DNA of 63,414 nucleotides, filler included, from Octopus bimaculoides (lineage: Eukaryota), in assembly GCF_001194135.2 (NCBI RefSeq). It is 7 parts of 7 records of this genome, joined end to end, with 100 filler letters (N's around TTAATTAATTAA, not from the genome) between each part and the next. Parts side by side here need not be neighbours in the genome. Positions count along the whole stretch, not along the records: positions 40,952 to 51,917 come from NW_026390019.1; positions 52,018 to 57,218 come from NW_026377214.1; positions 57,319 to 63,414 come from NW_026436131.1; 4 more parts are not named here. One strand, 5' to 3'. The notes beneath the pieces are model-generated. The model did no database searches and was not told where the DNA came from. It saw only the letters and a program-made list of their open reading frames with translations. Shown here piece by piece: positions 48,405-62,197 of the stretch (the stretch's first letter is position 1; each line of letters begins with the position of its first letter). The position numbers and the translations under genes were made by a program.

Positions 48405-48635
48405 CCATCATCATGATCATCATTGTCTAACATCCATTTTCCATGCTGACATGGGTTGGACGGTTCGACTGGGGTCTGGGAAGCTAAGAGGCTGCACCAG
48501 GCCCCAATCTGATCTGGCAGTGTTTTTCTACAGCTGGATGCCCTTCCTAACGCCAACCACTCCGAGAGTGTAGTGGGTGCTTTTTACGTGCCACCAGCAC
48601 AAGGGGCCAGAGGTACTGGCATCGACCACGATCAG
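48405..48635 (-). mobile_element. RTE-tail-related fragment
   Basis: ttccatgctgacatgggttggacg..ggatgcccttcctaacgccaaccactccgagagtgtagtggg. Confidence 0.75.
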
Positions 48636-48881
48636 ATATATATATATATATACATANNNNNNNNNNNNNNNNNNNNNNNNNNNNNNNNNNNNNNNNNNNN
48701 NNNNNNNNNNNNNNNNNNNNNNNNNNNNNNNNNNNNNNNNNNNNNNNNNNNNNNNNNNNNNNNNNNNNNNNNNNNNNNNNNNNNNNNNNNNNNNNNNNNN
48801 NNNNNNNNNNNNNNNNNNNNNNNNNNNNNNNNNNNNNNNNNNNNNNNNNNNNNNNNNNNNNNNNNATATATATATGAATAC

Positions 48882-48920
<39 letters not shown>

Positions 48921-48954
48921 CTCATACATTCATATATACACACATAAGAGTGGG

Positions 48955-49342
48955 ATGTGATTTGAGGGACATTCAGCTGCTACTTCTACCATGTCTATCT
49001 ACCACATAGAGGTCTCCCTCATTGGTTTATACTTACATATACACATATATAAAGCAGTAGGGTATGATCTGAGAGAGATTTCACTGTTATTTCTACCACG
49101 TCTAGCTCCCATGTAGAGGTCTCCCTCATTGGCTCATACATAAGACAGTAGGGCGTGATTTGAGGTAGATTTGTCTACTATTTCTACCATGTCTAACTAC
49201 CATGTAGAAGTCTCCCTCACTAGTTTACACACACACACGCATGTATATATTCACATACACAAAACAGAAAGATGAGATTCAACGAAAACTCAACTGCTAT
49301 TTCTAGCAGTTCTGTCCACTGCTAAGAGCTCGTCCTCATTGA
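48955..49342. repeat. Four diverged ~70-bp repeats (gtgatttgagg..gctatttctacc..aggtctccctcattgg)
   Basis: Units near 48955, 49062, 49150 and 49272; related single motifs near 6405, 29870 and 39545. Confidence 0.7.
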
Positions 49343-49924
49343 CTTCAAACCGAGTGATTAGCTATCTGAGATGGATTAATAAATACAATAATTGAGGACT
49401 TCCTATCGCCATGTAACCAAATATATAGCGTTAAATTACGTAAAACAGTTAAACGATATTAAATACAGAGAGCATTAAGTCTATTAAAGTACTCAAGGGA
49501 GAGATATAAGGAGACAGATTGAAATGGAGCTGGACGAATATGGCTTCTTTTGAGTTTTATTTTCTGCTTGTTTTCCGGGTTTGCATTTGTGTTTTGGTTT
49601 TGTTTTCTTCATTTTTTTTTCTTTGTGCGTGTTGGAAGAATCTGACAACCTTGTGTGTGTGTGTTTCTGTGAGTGCAAGTGTGTGTATGTGTGTGTCTGT
49701 TTGCGCATTTGTATACGCGTGTATGTGTGTGTGTCTGTTTGCATGTATGTATGTGTGTGTGTCTGTCTGTTTGTGTGCGCGAGTGTGTGTGTGTGTGTCT
49801 CTGTGTGCGAGTGTGTGTATGTGTGTGTGTGTGAGCTAATACTTACTGTACTTGAATGTGAACTTTATGTGTACGTATGTTTAGTTAGGTAGACTGACAA
49901 AGAAATATATTGAAAGACAAACAT

Positions 49925-49955
<31 letters not shown>

Positions 49956-51002
49956 TTGATAGATAGATAGATAGATAGATAGACGCACAGACAGACATTC
50001 ATTCTCAAACTAATAAAGATGCAACATGTCACGTCCCTACACTACCCATTATGTTTACCGTTTCCTTCAGATTCTCAAAGACTATCAAATTCTCAGCGAT
50101 ATTTCACATGATGGGACGGCATCATATGATATCATGGAATATCCAATATTATGGGAAAAGTTAAAGAATTTGAGATCATGCCATCATGTACAAGGGAGAG
50201 GCATTTCTACATACGCATTCAGATTACACACACACACACATATATACACACAGACATATACACACACATATATACGCTTATACATAAATACATTCATACA
50301 TAATATATGTACAAACACATACACACACATGCAGACATATATACATACGTACATACATACATACATACATACATACATAGCACACACATACATACAAACA
50401 TATATACGCATATACATACATACATACACTCATACAAATATGCATTCATACATACAAATATACAGACATACACACATATATAGACATACATACACACATA
50501 CTCACATAGATACAATTATACACACATATACACACACACAAACATACATAGATACATACATGCACACAGACAGACAAACAGACAGACAGACACACACACA
50601 CACACACACACACATTCCAATTCTATCGGGGTACCTATATCAGGTGTATATTATATATAAGACTACATGATATTTATCAGCTGATCTGTCAGAATGCATA
50701 TAACCTGAGATGGCTTAATAACAAGACAAGAAACAGAGTTGGATGTAATGGAAGGTGGGTCAGGATAGTCGACTCCATATTCTGGGGTATGCAGATCTAT
50801 ATATATAGGGGTGTTGTGACAGTGGACCTGAAAGGAGGGGCAAGACGAGGGGCCAAGGTGGAGAGGGGTTGCTTTGAAGAGGAAGGGAACTCCCAGACAA
50901 AATATTGCAAAACATCTCAAGTTCCAGTTAATCTGATTGTGTTTAGAGTCTGTTATGAAATATGAGCATCCAGGCCACTACATCACATAGACATTGTGAC
51001 AT

Positions 51003-51605
51003 TCTTTTCTTGTTGTTGTTTAGCCCAAGGTCAGTCTCGATCCAGTAGACCGATGATCAGAAATGTTCCAGCTGTGACCATCCTGTCTTTTATTCAGACA
51101 TAGTGTATCTTGGACTACATTATCTAATGTGTCCTTCCTTGTAGTTGTTTAGCCCCAGGTCAGTCCTGATCCAGACAGACCTACGATCAAAGAGTTCCAG
51201 CTGTGTCAATATTATATTTCATTTTTGTTAAGACTAAGTGTAACTAGGAATACATTATCTAATGTTCTTCCTTGTTGTTGTTGTTGTTCTAGTTGTTTAT
51301 AATCAAAAATGTTCCAACTGTGACCATCCTGTCTTTTATCCTGACATAGTGTATCTAGGACTACAATATCTAATGTGTCCTTCCTTTGTTGTTGTTGTTT
51401 AACCCAGGGTCAGTCCTGATCCAGGCAGACCTACAATCAAAGATGTTCCCACTGTGACCATCTTGTCTTTTATTCAGACATAATGTATCTAGGACTACAT
51501 TATCTAATGTATCCTTCCTTGCTGATGTTGTTTAGCCCCAGGTCAGTCCTGCTCCAGACAGACCTATGATCAAGACGTTCCAGGTGTGACCATCCTCTCT
51601 TTTAT
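51003..51605. repeat. Tandem array of about five ~130-bp units
   Basis: gttgtttagccccaggtcagtcctgatccagacagacctatgatcaa..gttccagctgtgaccatcctgtc..ggactacattatctaatg repeated. Confidence 0.85.
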
Positions 51606-51854
51606 TCAGTTAAAAAATGGGACCGATGCTGAAAGTGTGTTCAAAGAGATCATCAGCTCCAGGACTCCAGATTTTTATGTTACCAGAATAAACCAATTTG
51701 TAACTCGTTAGCAAAAATGTTAATAGTAATGGTTCTTAATTTGGTGAATAAAATTTCCGCATTGTTGAAATATATCATGATGAATTCCATGTTTCAAAAT
51801 GTTGCTTACTTTTATACATATATGCATGTACATATACATGCAGTTTTATATATG

Positions 51855-51917
<63 letters not shown>

Positions 51918-52017
51918 NNNNNNNNNNNNNNNNNNNNNNNNNNNNNNNNNNNNNNNNNNNNTTAATTAATTAANNNNNNNNNNNNNNNNNNNNNNNNNNN
52001 NNNNNNNNNNNNNNNNN
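51918..52017. other. Artificial scaffold spacer
   Basis: 44 N + TTAATTAATTAA + 44 N. Confidence 0.95.
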
Positions 52018-52074
52018 TAGACAGATGTACATATATGTATATATGCATATATATATTATTTTTATTATATATAT

Positions 52075-52135
<61 letters not shown>

Positions 52136-52489
52136 GTTATATATATGATTGAATTAGATAACAAGAATATTTTATTTTTCATATGAATCTAAAAGAATAT
52201 TTCATTACGACATGCTGAATGTCACCATGTTATATCCTTGAAAACATATGATTTTACTTGCATTTGTCTAGATAGCAGGAAAATTAGATAGAAATCCAAT
52301 TACTCCATGCATTTTCTCTGCTTTCATCTGCTGAATCTTATCAGACTTACAGAGTTATGCTATGGTTTTCTTTGTTCCCTCAGTTAACATGAGCATTCAT
52401 ATATGCATGTGTATGCATATATGTGTTTGTATATGTGTGTATAAATGGATATACATACATGCTCATTTATATATATATATATATATATA

Positions 52490-52740
52490 CATCATCACCA
52501 TCATCATTTAGTGTCCATTTTCCATGCTAGCATTGGTTGGATGACTTAACAGGAGTTGGCAAATCAGTGGACTGCACCAAGCTCCACTTTTTGGCATGGT
52601 TTTTATGGCTGGATACCCTTCCTAATGCCAACCATTTTACAGAGTGAACTGGGTGTTTTTCACATGCACTAGCACTGGCGAGGTTTATTTAGGCATGCTT
52701 TTTTTATGGCTGGTTGCCTTTCCTAATGCCAACTACTTGT
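52490..52740 (-). mobile_element. Old RTE-tail-related fragment
   Basis: (CAT)n, ttttccatgctagcattggttgg..ggatacccttcctaatgccaacc. Confidence 0.65.
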
Positions 52741-53724
52741 TCCCACTTGTTCTCACACAGGAGTTCAAACTGACCACATATGATCCAGGACAAATACTGA
52801 CCAAGTCTATCATGGTAGTTAGTATACTAAACCAAAGTTAACAAAACAACTAGAGATTAGGTGGTCAATTATTTCCTTTGTTGTACCATAAAAGTGACAA
52901 GAAGGATCAGAACCATATTTAAGAACGTTGGCTAGTAATTTCTAATGGGTAGACACTGATCCTGAGCTGCAAAGCCCTCTGTTTCTGATTTAAGTTCAAA
53001 TGCAGCCGGGTACTGCATTTTTCTTGTGCATGTGTGAATATAGACTGTATATGAACTTTTTTGTGCGTGTATGGGTATATACACATGTGTGTGTGCGTAT
53101 ATGTGGGTATGTATATATGTACATGTGAACGGTTGCATATACATGTGGGTATGCATGTGAGTGTTTCACACGAGTGTGAGTGAGCATAAGCATATATAGC
53201 ATGTGCGTATTTTAAACGTGTATTTGAATATAATTGTGCGCATATTGATATGTGCACATGTGTGCAGATATACATATGTGTACACTGTGTGTGTGTGTGT
53301 GTGCATGTGAGGATATGTATATATGTACATGTATATGGTTGCATATACAGTGTTTCACGTGAGTGTGAGTGAGTATAGGCACATGTACATGGGTGTGTGT
53401 GTGTGCACACATGTGTATGTATGTACATGCACACATACACAATTTCTATGCGCATTTTTACTTCTTTACTTTTTTACTTTCACCCCTTTGATTTTTTCCC
53501 CTTATTTAATGGTCATTCTAATAGCTCTTTTGTCTTAATAACAGTCAATTACATAGTAATTTCCCTTTGTTTAATGGATGGTCATTTTCATAGCATTTTT
53601 TGATTGCTTCTAAAACTGACAAGATGGTGAAACAGTTTTCCGCCCCAACATCCAAAACTCGGAGTCTTATTATGGCAACCGAATAATTGTCACATATTAT
53701 ATTACAGATATATTTATATATATA

Positions 53725-54110
53725 TATACTCTTACTCTTTACTCTCTTACTTGTTTCAGTCATTTGACTGCAGCCATGCTGGAGCACCGCCTTTAGTTGA
53801 GTAAATCAACCCCAGGACTTATTCTTTGTAAGCCTAATGCTTATTCTATCGGTCTCTTTTGCCGAACTGCTAAGTTACGAGGACGTAAGCACACCGGAAT
53901 TGGGGGGACAAACACAGACACACAAACATATACACACACATACAGATATATATATATATATATATACATATATATGACAGGCTTCTTTCAGTTTTCATCT
54001 ATCAAATCCACTCACAAGTCTTTGGTCAGCCTGAGGCTATAGTAGAAGACACTGAACCCAGAACCATGTTGTTGGTGAGCAAGCTACTTACCACACAGCC
54101 ACTCCTGCAC
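53725..54110 (-). mobile_element. SINE family B, complete
   Basis: Both modules and the TA linker on the minus strand. Confidence 0.88.
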
Positions 54111-55699
54111 CTATATATATAAAATTATTATTATCACCTTTAATACTTGCTTTCCAAGCTGCTATAGGTTGGATGAGTTGAAACAGCCCAATTTATTTGT
54201 TATTGGGAACCACTGCTCCCATAGATTGATGCTAATACATGTCATTCAACCAGGTTTCTCCAAATGGATGCTCTTCCTATTGCCAACCATTTTACAGAGT
54301 ATACTAGAGGCATTTCCCCATAGCACTAAACTTGAGTTGTTAAATTCTTCCATACAAAAGAAGACCATAGGGATATTACAGTCTTTAATATGTCATTTTG
54401 GTGTCTGCCCATTACTTACTATTATATATATGAGATAAAAACTAATAATAATGCTTGGAAACTCAGCCATGCTTTACCAGAATTGCCTGAACTTAGGTTA
54501 CTATTGCCATGTAAACATCAAATACCAGTAACATTTTCTATTATTGAATCACTGCTCTTTCTGTTTATTGCTTAAATCCTGCTGAAGTCAGCTTTGCCTC
54601 TCATTATTTTGACATCAATAAAATTGGAACCCATCAACTATTGAGTTCAAAATAATTCACTGTCCCTGACCACTACCTCCAAGAATTTATTGCTTTTTGC
54701 TTATTAACATTACTCATAAGCTGTTACATTATGTTGAGAGTCCAACATATTATTTTCCTCTCCAGTTGCAAGGGTGAGGTTGTTGTTTAGCCCTAGATCA
54801 GCCCTGTCTAGGAATATCTTATGCATTATGGCATTCTCGTAATGATTATCCTTGTGCATCTAAGACTATATTATCCAGAGTGTTTCTCCCATTTCAAATG
54901 ATGTAATTTGAGGAAGATTTGTCTACTACTTCCAGTAGGTCGAGAAACCACTTACAGGCTCCCTCACTGGCCTGTTGCTGGGTAGTATTTGAGTCATGTA
55001 AAGGATCAGCAGCAGTTCAAATCTGGAGCTCTTTGATCTCCTTGATCTTATTGTGTCTCTTTTATGTTTGTCAGTTTAAAACCATTTTTTGTTTGCTATT
55101 TTTGATACATGTTTTGGCATGATAATAATATTTTGTTGCAAAATTATAGCAACACATAGGTATATAAACCACAACATAGCTACAAATGTCAATATTTAAA
55201 GGAAATTTGATAACAACTGCCCAAAAATCTGTTGATGGACTACTAATTTAGTTCAATATTATTCAGAGTTCTCTGGCCTTGTGCTAAAATTTTAAACCAA
55301 TATTATTCAGAGTTTGTTTAGTCTGTCCATATTCTCATTATTCAATATGAATGTGTTGTAACTTCCATCTTGTTTGTTGAGTGTAGTGAAACAAATAGCA
55401 ATATTGGAAAAATATAATATCATGCACACAGACACAAAGTCTCAGATTTATAGGAAGAGAAAAAATTAGATTGTCTGTTTGAATGTGTAAGTGGGTGTCC
55501 TGTGGGGGAGGGGTGGATGTGTGTGTATGTACATATATGAGTATATATGTATAAATATATGTCTTCTTTTACTGGTTTTAGCTATTCAGTTCTAGCCATG
55601 TAATGACATACATGTATGTTATGTATACATGTGTGTACATATATAGTTAGATATACCATACATATATGTGTGTGTGTGTTTATATATATTACATATATT

Positions 55700-56125
55700 G
55701 GCACAGGTGTGGCTGTTTGGTAAGAAGCTGGCTTCCCAACCACATGGTTCTAGGTTCAGTCCCACTACATGGCACCTTGAGCAAGTGTTTCCTACCATAG
55801 CCTCAGGCCAACCAAAGCCTTGTAGGTAGATTTGGTAGATGGAAACTGAAAGAAGCCTGTCATATATATATATANNNNNNNNNNTATGTATGTATGTATG
55901 TATGTATGTATTTGTGTGTTTGTGTCTGTGTTTGCCACCACCACCACCATTGCTTGACAACCGCTGTTGGTGTTTTTACATCCCAGTAATTTAGCTGTTT
56001 GACAAAAGTGAATGATAGAATAAGTACTAGGCTTGCAAAGAATAATACCTGGGGTCAATTTCTTAAACTAAAACCCCTTAAGATGGTGCTCCAGCAGGGC
56101 TGCAATCAAATGACTGAAAAAGTAA
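55700..56125 (+). mobile_element. SINE family B, complete
   Basis: Both modules with a TA/TATG linker containing a small gap. Confidence 0.88.
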
Positions 56126-57218
56126 ATGAATATATAAATATATATATTAAAAATGGGGAAGGCCGATTTATAGTATTACCTTAGATTTTCAGTCAGTAAA
56201 GGGTTTAGCTTTATGGTGAATCAGCAGATTTCAAAAACATGTTAGCCCATGACCATGACCAACAGGTTTTTGGGATCTAACGATATGCCATAAAGATAAA
56301 CACTTTATGGATGGGAAACCTAAGGTAATCCCATAAACCTTCCACATTTTTAAATATACTGCTCTACATCTTAGAGTGTGCTTCTTTTTTCGGATTTCTG
56401 TTTTCTACAAATGATACATATACAAACATACATAAATGGACATATATATTCATATGCATATATATACATAAAAAATACAAAATGGGACAGGATGCAAAAC
56501 ATCCAGACAGTTAGGTGATACAAGAAAAGGACACCAAAACATCAAGATAGACAATACAAAGAAAGCAAGGATGGGTCATTCGGAGTTTTCTTTCCACAGT
56601 CGAGTTCCAGATTATCTTTGCAATTTCAGCTGGTTATACTCGAGATTGCTCCAATCTGGTCAACCCTAAGGAAAAACTAAGCTAAGAGCATTAGATTCCT
56701 TGGAAGAAAGCAGTGAATGTATACGAAAACAAGGACGGAAAAAGAACAGAGAAGGTTACACAAATACAAATAGCAGAATATAACAACAGGTGTCTTTCGA
56801 CTAAAGACAAATTAAATTAAGCTGGCGTGTGTAGAAATAAAGCAGGGATACAAGATTTCACAGGTACAGGGAAGAATATAGATGTTGCACAGACAGCGGC
56901 CAAACCAAGAAAGAAAGATCAGGCTTGGCCAAACACCGGTCACATGGGGGAGAGAAGAGAGAGAGGTAGAGGCAGAAGGACAGAAGAAATAAGGAGGGGT
57001 GAAAAAAAATGACAGGAACACACTGCAGTGAAAAGAGGAGGGAAAGTGACCATGAATATATATGTGTGTGTCTATATATATACATATTATATATATATAT
57101 ATATATATGTATTATATATATATATATATATATATAATATGAATAATATATATATATGCATATATACATACGTATATGTACATAGTTACATCTATATATA
57201 TATATACATATATATATA

Positions 57219-57318
57219 NNNNNNNNNNNNNNNNNNNNNNNNNNNNNNNNNNNNNNNNNNNNTTAATTAATTAANNNNNNNNNNNNNNNNNNNNNNNNNN
57301 NNNNNNNNNNNNNNNNNN
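57219..57318. other. Artificial scaffold spacer
   Basis: 44 N + TTAATTAATTAA + 44 N. Confidence 0.95.
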
Positions 57319-57351
<33 letters not shown>

Positions 57352-57369
57352 TAGTAGCAGCAGTAGTAA

Positions 57370-60010
57370 TAGTAAAGAAATTATTGAAGGAATGAAAAGA
57401 GATAAAATGCAAAACCGTGCTGTGGTCGCAGAGACCTGCATTTTAAGAAAGATTGCCCATTTAATTTAAAATTCAAATGTTTTAAGTGCGGTAAAATTGG
57501 GCATAAACAGTCAAAATGCTGGTTGAAGAAAAATGTTAAAAATGAGAAACCGAAGAAATTCTTCTCGACAAAACTAAATTATACCATAGAAAACCGAAAA
57601 TTTATGTCGGTAGAAATATATGGTTTTCGGGCGAAAGTGCAATTAAATACCAGTTCAGACGTATTGATAATTACTAGGATGGCCGGTATAAAAGAAAACG
57701 ACTATGATAGATCACGGTGTGTCAGGGAAACAAGTTCAATTCTTGGTCGATAATTCGCCAGTAATAGAACCTTAAATAATGACGCGGATAAGTAAAATAA
57801 TGGTATCTGAAAATACAGTGAATCTGTTCGGTACAGATTTAATGGAAGAATTCGACCCGTGGGATCTACTTCTGAATACATTATGTAATAAAGTAAATGT
57901 GTCACATTGCAAAACAACATTACAAGGATTTTAGGTCTGGTATGTTATTACCAGCCGTACATATTTAAATGTGTCAGCTAAGTGAATAATTTGTTAAAGA
58001 AATACACGAACTGGGACTGGGCAAACGAATGTCAGAAAGCATTCGAGTAATTGAAAAAGAGGTTAACATCGGAGTTATCATTAACTCATTTCGACCCAAA
58101 CCTGAAAATAATAGTGGCACCGGATGGTAGAGGAGCTGTGATGTTGCATAAATCTAATAATGGTAAAATCAAAGCTATGGTGCATGCATCAACAGTTGGA
58201 GTAGTAAAAAAAAACTACAGGAAGATCAAAAAGGAGGCTTTATCATAAATCTTCACAGTATGAAGCTCCCTAAATTCCTACACGGTAAGATGTTTACACA
58301 GCAAACTGATCACCGACCGTTACTGTCTATGTTCGGCTAACAAACCATTTACAGCGCTAGCAAACCGTTTACCCTGTTCAACTATGATTTTCAGATGGAG
58401 TTTTTGCCATCAAAGAAGATGGGACAAGCAGATGGGTTGTCTAGGCTCATTCCAAAATATTAAGAACCATTTGAAGACACGGTGATTGCATCATTAAAAC
58501 TAGAAATGGAATTGAAGAACATATTGTGCTATGTAATATATGATTTGCAGGCAACACTTGAAGAAATTGAATTAAAATCGGAAAAAGATATGTTCATAAA
58601 CAAGTTTTAAAATACTATTGGAATGTAATCCGAAAATTAATATAAATGAGCGGAGCGCAGGTTCAAATCATTATTCAGTAAGTGATGATGTATTTATTAT
58701 ATATACTAAATGTGGTAATACCTGAAACACTGCAAAACAGAATATTGAAAGACTTCCATATATGATATCCGGGGATTGCCGAGATGAAAAGCCTCACGAG
58801 GAGTTACGTGTATTCTCCGAATATGGACAACAAATTAAGAAACTCTTAAAACAATGTAGGGGATGGGCTATGGCAGGAAAGGCTTTCCCATTGCAGATGC
58901 AGCCGTGGCAAAAACGGACTCAGCATGGTCTAGAGAGCACGTGGATTTCGCAGGACCAATAAACGGCTCTTAGTATATCATCGTGGTGGATAGCTATTGC
59001 AGATGGCTTGAAGAGTGTAAATTTTCAAGGCCGACCACAAATGTGACAAGATACGATCGTGTCAGATAATGGCACACAATTCACGGCGAATGTGTTTGAA
59101 AGATTCTGTAAGTCAGTCTAGGTGAAGCATGTGTTAACTCCGCCATACCATCAAAGGTCAAATGCGTTAGGGAAGGATTCGTCAATACATTCAAGAGAGC
59201 CTTAAGAAACACCCGGGGGGAAGACTTTGAAGATAGAAATATAACAAAGTTCTTGCAGGTATACAGAATAACACCGAATCAAAATGCAGAGTCGGGTAGG
59301 TAGCCCGAAGATTTGATGTCCTCCAGAAAGATTCTGCTTTGTGTTGCCGATTAGGAAACGGAAAATGCAAAATTTGGGAAGTAAAACAAAATTTATTAAC
59401 ACAGGTGAGGAAGTGAATTTTAAATTGGAAAACAGGAATGGGTACAAGGTAATATAACTGGACATCTGGATAATGTGATGTATATAGTAAAAGGACCAAA
59501 ATATGAACATAAAATGCATTTTAACCAATTAAATAAAGATATACCAAAAATCAAGAAAGGCGAGGTGAACCAATTGATATATGTTATGACATGTTCGAGG
59601 TCCCAGAACCACAAGTGAAAGTAGAACCGACACGTAAGTCGGACAGAAAAAGAAAACATACGGAAATTATGTAAATTAAGGCCAAGAGAAAGAGATACGC
59701 TACTTTCTCACCAAGGAAATAAAATTATGATAAAATAAAGGAATAAATGAATATAAAAAAGAACAAAGCCAATCTCAAAAGCGGGAGATGTGTAGAAGTA
59801 AAACACCCCTATTTCGTTGGTGTTTAATGGACTGTGCCACAATATAAATGGACATGCGCAGAGAGTATGGAGAGAGTCGGTGAGCTGCGTAAAGCCGAGA
59901 GTTACGTATTGTCGAGTGTAATTACAAGTATTCTGTATCTGGAGTAGAACGATTTGCGAGGACGTTATTTATTATGCTGTTATATCGTACGTCGAACGAG
60001 CGATAGAACA
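57370..60010 (+). mobile_element. Decayed Ty3/Gypsy LTR retrotransposon lacking the RT core
   Basis: Gag knuckle CFKCGKIGHKQSKC; protease VQLNTSSDVLII..NLFGTD; RNase H LTHFDP..TDHRPLL; integrase HVDFAGPING..VVDSY..VSDNGTQF. Confidence 0.88.
59789..60010 (+). repeat. Probable 3' LTR of the Gypsy element
   Basis: Purine tract aaaagcgggaga directly followed by TG; CA end at 60010. The right boundary is inferred and no 5' LTR is visible. Confidence 0.55.
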
Positions 60011-60024
60011 GTATACAAGAAAGT

Positions 60025-60845
60025 TGGGAGTTCTGCAAAAGGGAAACGTAGATTAAGTAGTATGCTTTAAACACGAACGGGGTTCCATTTCATTGAGTAN
60101 NNNNNNNNNNNNNNNNNNNNNNNNNNNNNNNNNNNCATGGCTGGGAATGTTGATGGTGGTGGCGGAGTCGGCTAGAAAGTGATGTGGAAATACAAAGGAT
60201 GTCGGTAAGTCTGTAAGTAACTAATGAATATCATACGTAGAACGTGAAGGTACTAGAATGTGTATATGTATGTATGTTTGTACGGAAGTACGTACGTACG
60301 CATGTATGTATGTATTTTGGATGTATGTATGTATGCATGCATGTATGTATGTATGTATGTATGTGATTATACAGATTCATATGTAGAGGGTGAGCAGGAT
60401 TCGAACGTAGATCCAGTGTTCCTTCATTGGAATTTCAACATCATACGGTATATTTACATCTATGTATGCCGATATTAGCAGTATTTGAAATCAGTACACG
60501 TGCAGATTTGATTTGTATATTTTATTCTCTGTTTGCATTCTCATGCATATATTTGCATATCTAGACATGTATTTGTATATTTAAATGATAAATGTCTGGA
60601 AAGATTTAGATTTTAACAGATCCCGTGGTGGCCTGGATCTGTAGTCTTCGAATCAGCTTTCTCCTTTCTGGTTTTGGAAAGCCTAACTTCTCGAGATTAG
60701 GCAGTGTGTTGCATATCCCTGTGCCCCAATAAATACAGATTACATGTTTAAATTTATACGTTAACTTATAATATAATAGGACGTATAACTAGATTTCTCA
60801 AGAGTTCAAGAGTTCTTTATGTTAACATCCGCTGGTCAGCTGTAC
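60025..60845 (-). mobile_element. 3' end of a second restriction-like-endonuclease LINE family (copy 1)
   Basis: Minus strand PADVN..NLEKLGFPKPERRKLIRRLQIQATTGSVKI at 60575-60845; flanking blocks are shared with copy 2. Confidence 0.65.
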
Positions 60846-61808
60846 ACAGATTCTCTTCTCTGACCCAAATCATCTCTGTCACGCTTGTGTGTGACTGTGC
60901 GCGTGTGTGCGCGCGCGCGCGTCTACACATAGATAGATATATAGATGAAGAGGTATATATGTTTATACACATCTACACAAACCCCTTTATATTTATACAT
61001 TGAAGATGATTCATTCAATTAAATATTATTGAAAGCGGCCCTCGACCTTGGCCGAAATCTAATGACAGAAACAAGTAATATATATACGTGTACACATAAG
61101 TTCCAGGGTTTGTGGAATCTGGAATCACGCGGTAGCTACTATCATACCCCGGTCTTCTCTGATCCTGAGTAGTAGAAAATGTCAGTGCCCAACTACAATT
61201 AACTAATATATGTGATGACAAAGTATCTGAGTACGGAGATGCAGAAACAACCTTCCTTGGTGTCACGACATGACATAAAATCATAAAATTAAAGGATTCC
61301 TTGGTTGCATCAGAGATACCTTCTGATGGAAAACCTGCTGTTTGACGTGATTAAAGTTCCTCTCTCTTCGGTCAGCCATTAGGTTCTAATCACAGAGACT
61401 CAGAGTGGTACCCGTATGGTACAGGTGTCTATCACTATAATCTAAGGATGCACCGATATCTCTTTAAGATGACCACATTTGTCATTCAATTTACTGATGG
61501 TCCTCCAGCGAGGAAGAATGGACGTGCACGATAATGTACAAACCCGCCTGCGTAATATATATATATATATATATATGGTGTGTGTCTATGCGTGTAGGCA
61601 TGTGTGTGTATGCAGGGGGATCCAAGAACTTATTTGGAGGGAGTATTGCTCAAGAGTTTCGAAAAAAATACTATATAAGTTGGTATTTGCAATTCGTAAC
61701 AAATGGACTCATATTTACGTATTCTAAGTGTGTTGTAGCAGACCAGATGTATATACATTTTTGGTGTCGGTTAAAATAGAAAGGATGCTGCCCGGGCAAG
61801 TAGGGCGA

Positions 61809-61932
61809 CACCCCTGCCTCCACCACTGGCATCTACATATAAATGTAAGCTTGCTGTATTTATAAGTAGATGGATGGATGGATGGATGGATGGATGGATG
61901 GATGGATGGATGGATGGATGGATGGATGGATG
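61809..61932. repeat. (GGAT)n microsatellite
   Basis: Direct. Confidence 0.95.
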
Positions 61933-61994
61933 GGTGGTGGGTGTTTGGGTGGATGGATGACGCGATGGATGGACGTATGTATAGTTGTAAGCTA

Positions 61995-62149
61995 GCCGTT
62001 CTGCAAAAGGGAAACGTTGAATAAGTAGTATGCTTCAAACTCTTACGGGATACACTTTATTAAGTAAAACATTTAAAATTTGGGCTACAACAAACAGGCA
62101 GGCGTTGGACTCGAACAACTGACTGAATAAAATGCCGTCATCATCATCG

Positions 62150-62197
<48 letters not shown>

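Noticed and set aside
56450-57000. Repeat-like sequence with GAAA motifs suggestive of a Penelope end
   Set aside because: No complete hammerhead core and no second copy in the window.
61100-61540. Degraded coding-like stretch ending VIQFTDG (vWA-like)
   Set aside because: Multiple stops and only a single short motif.
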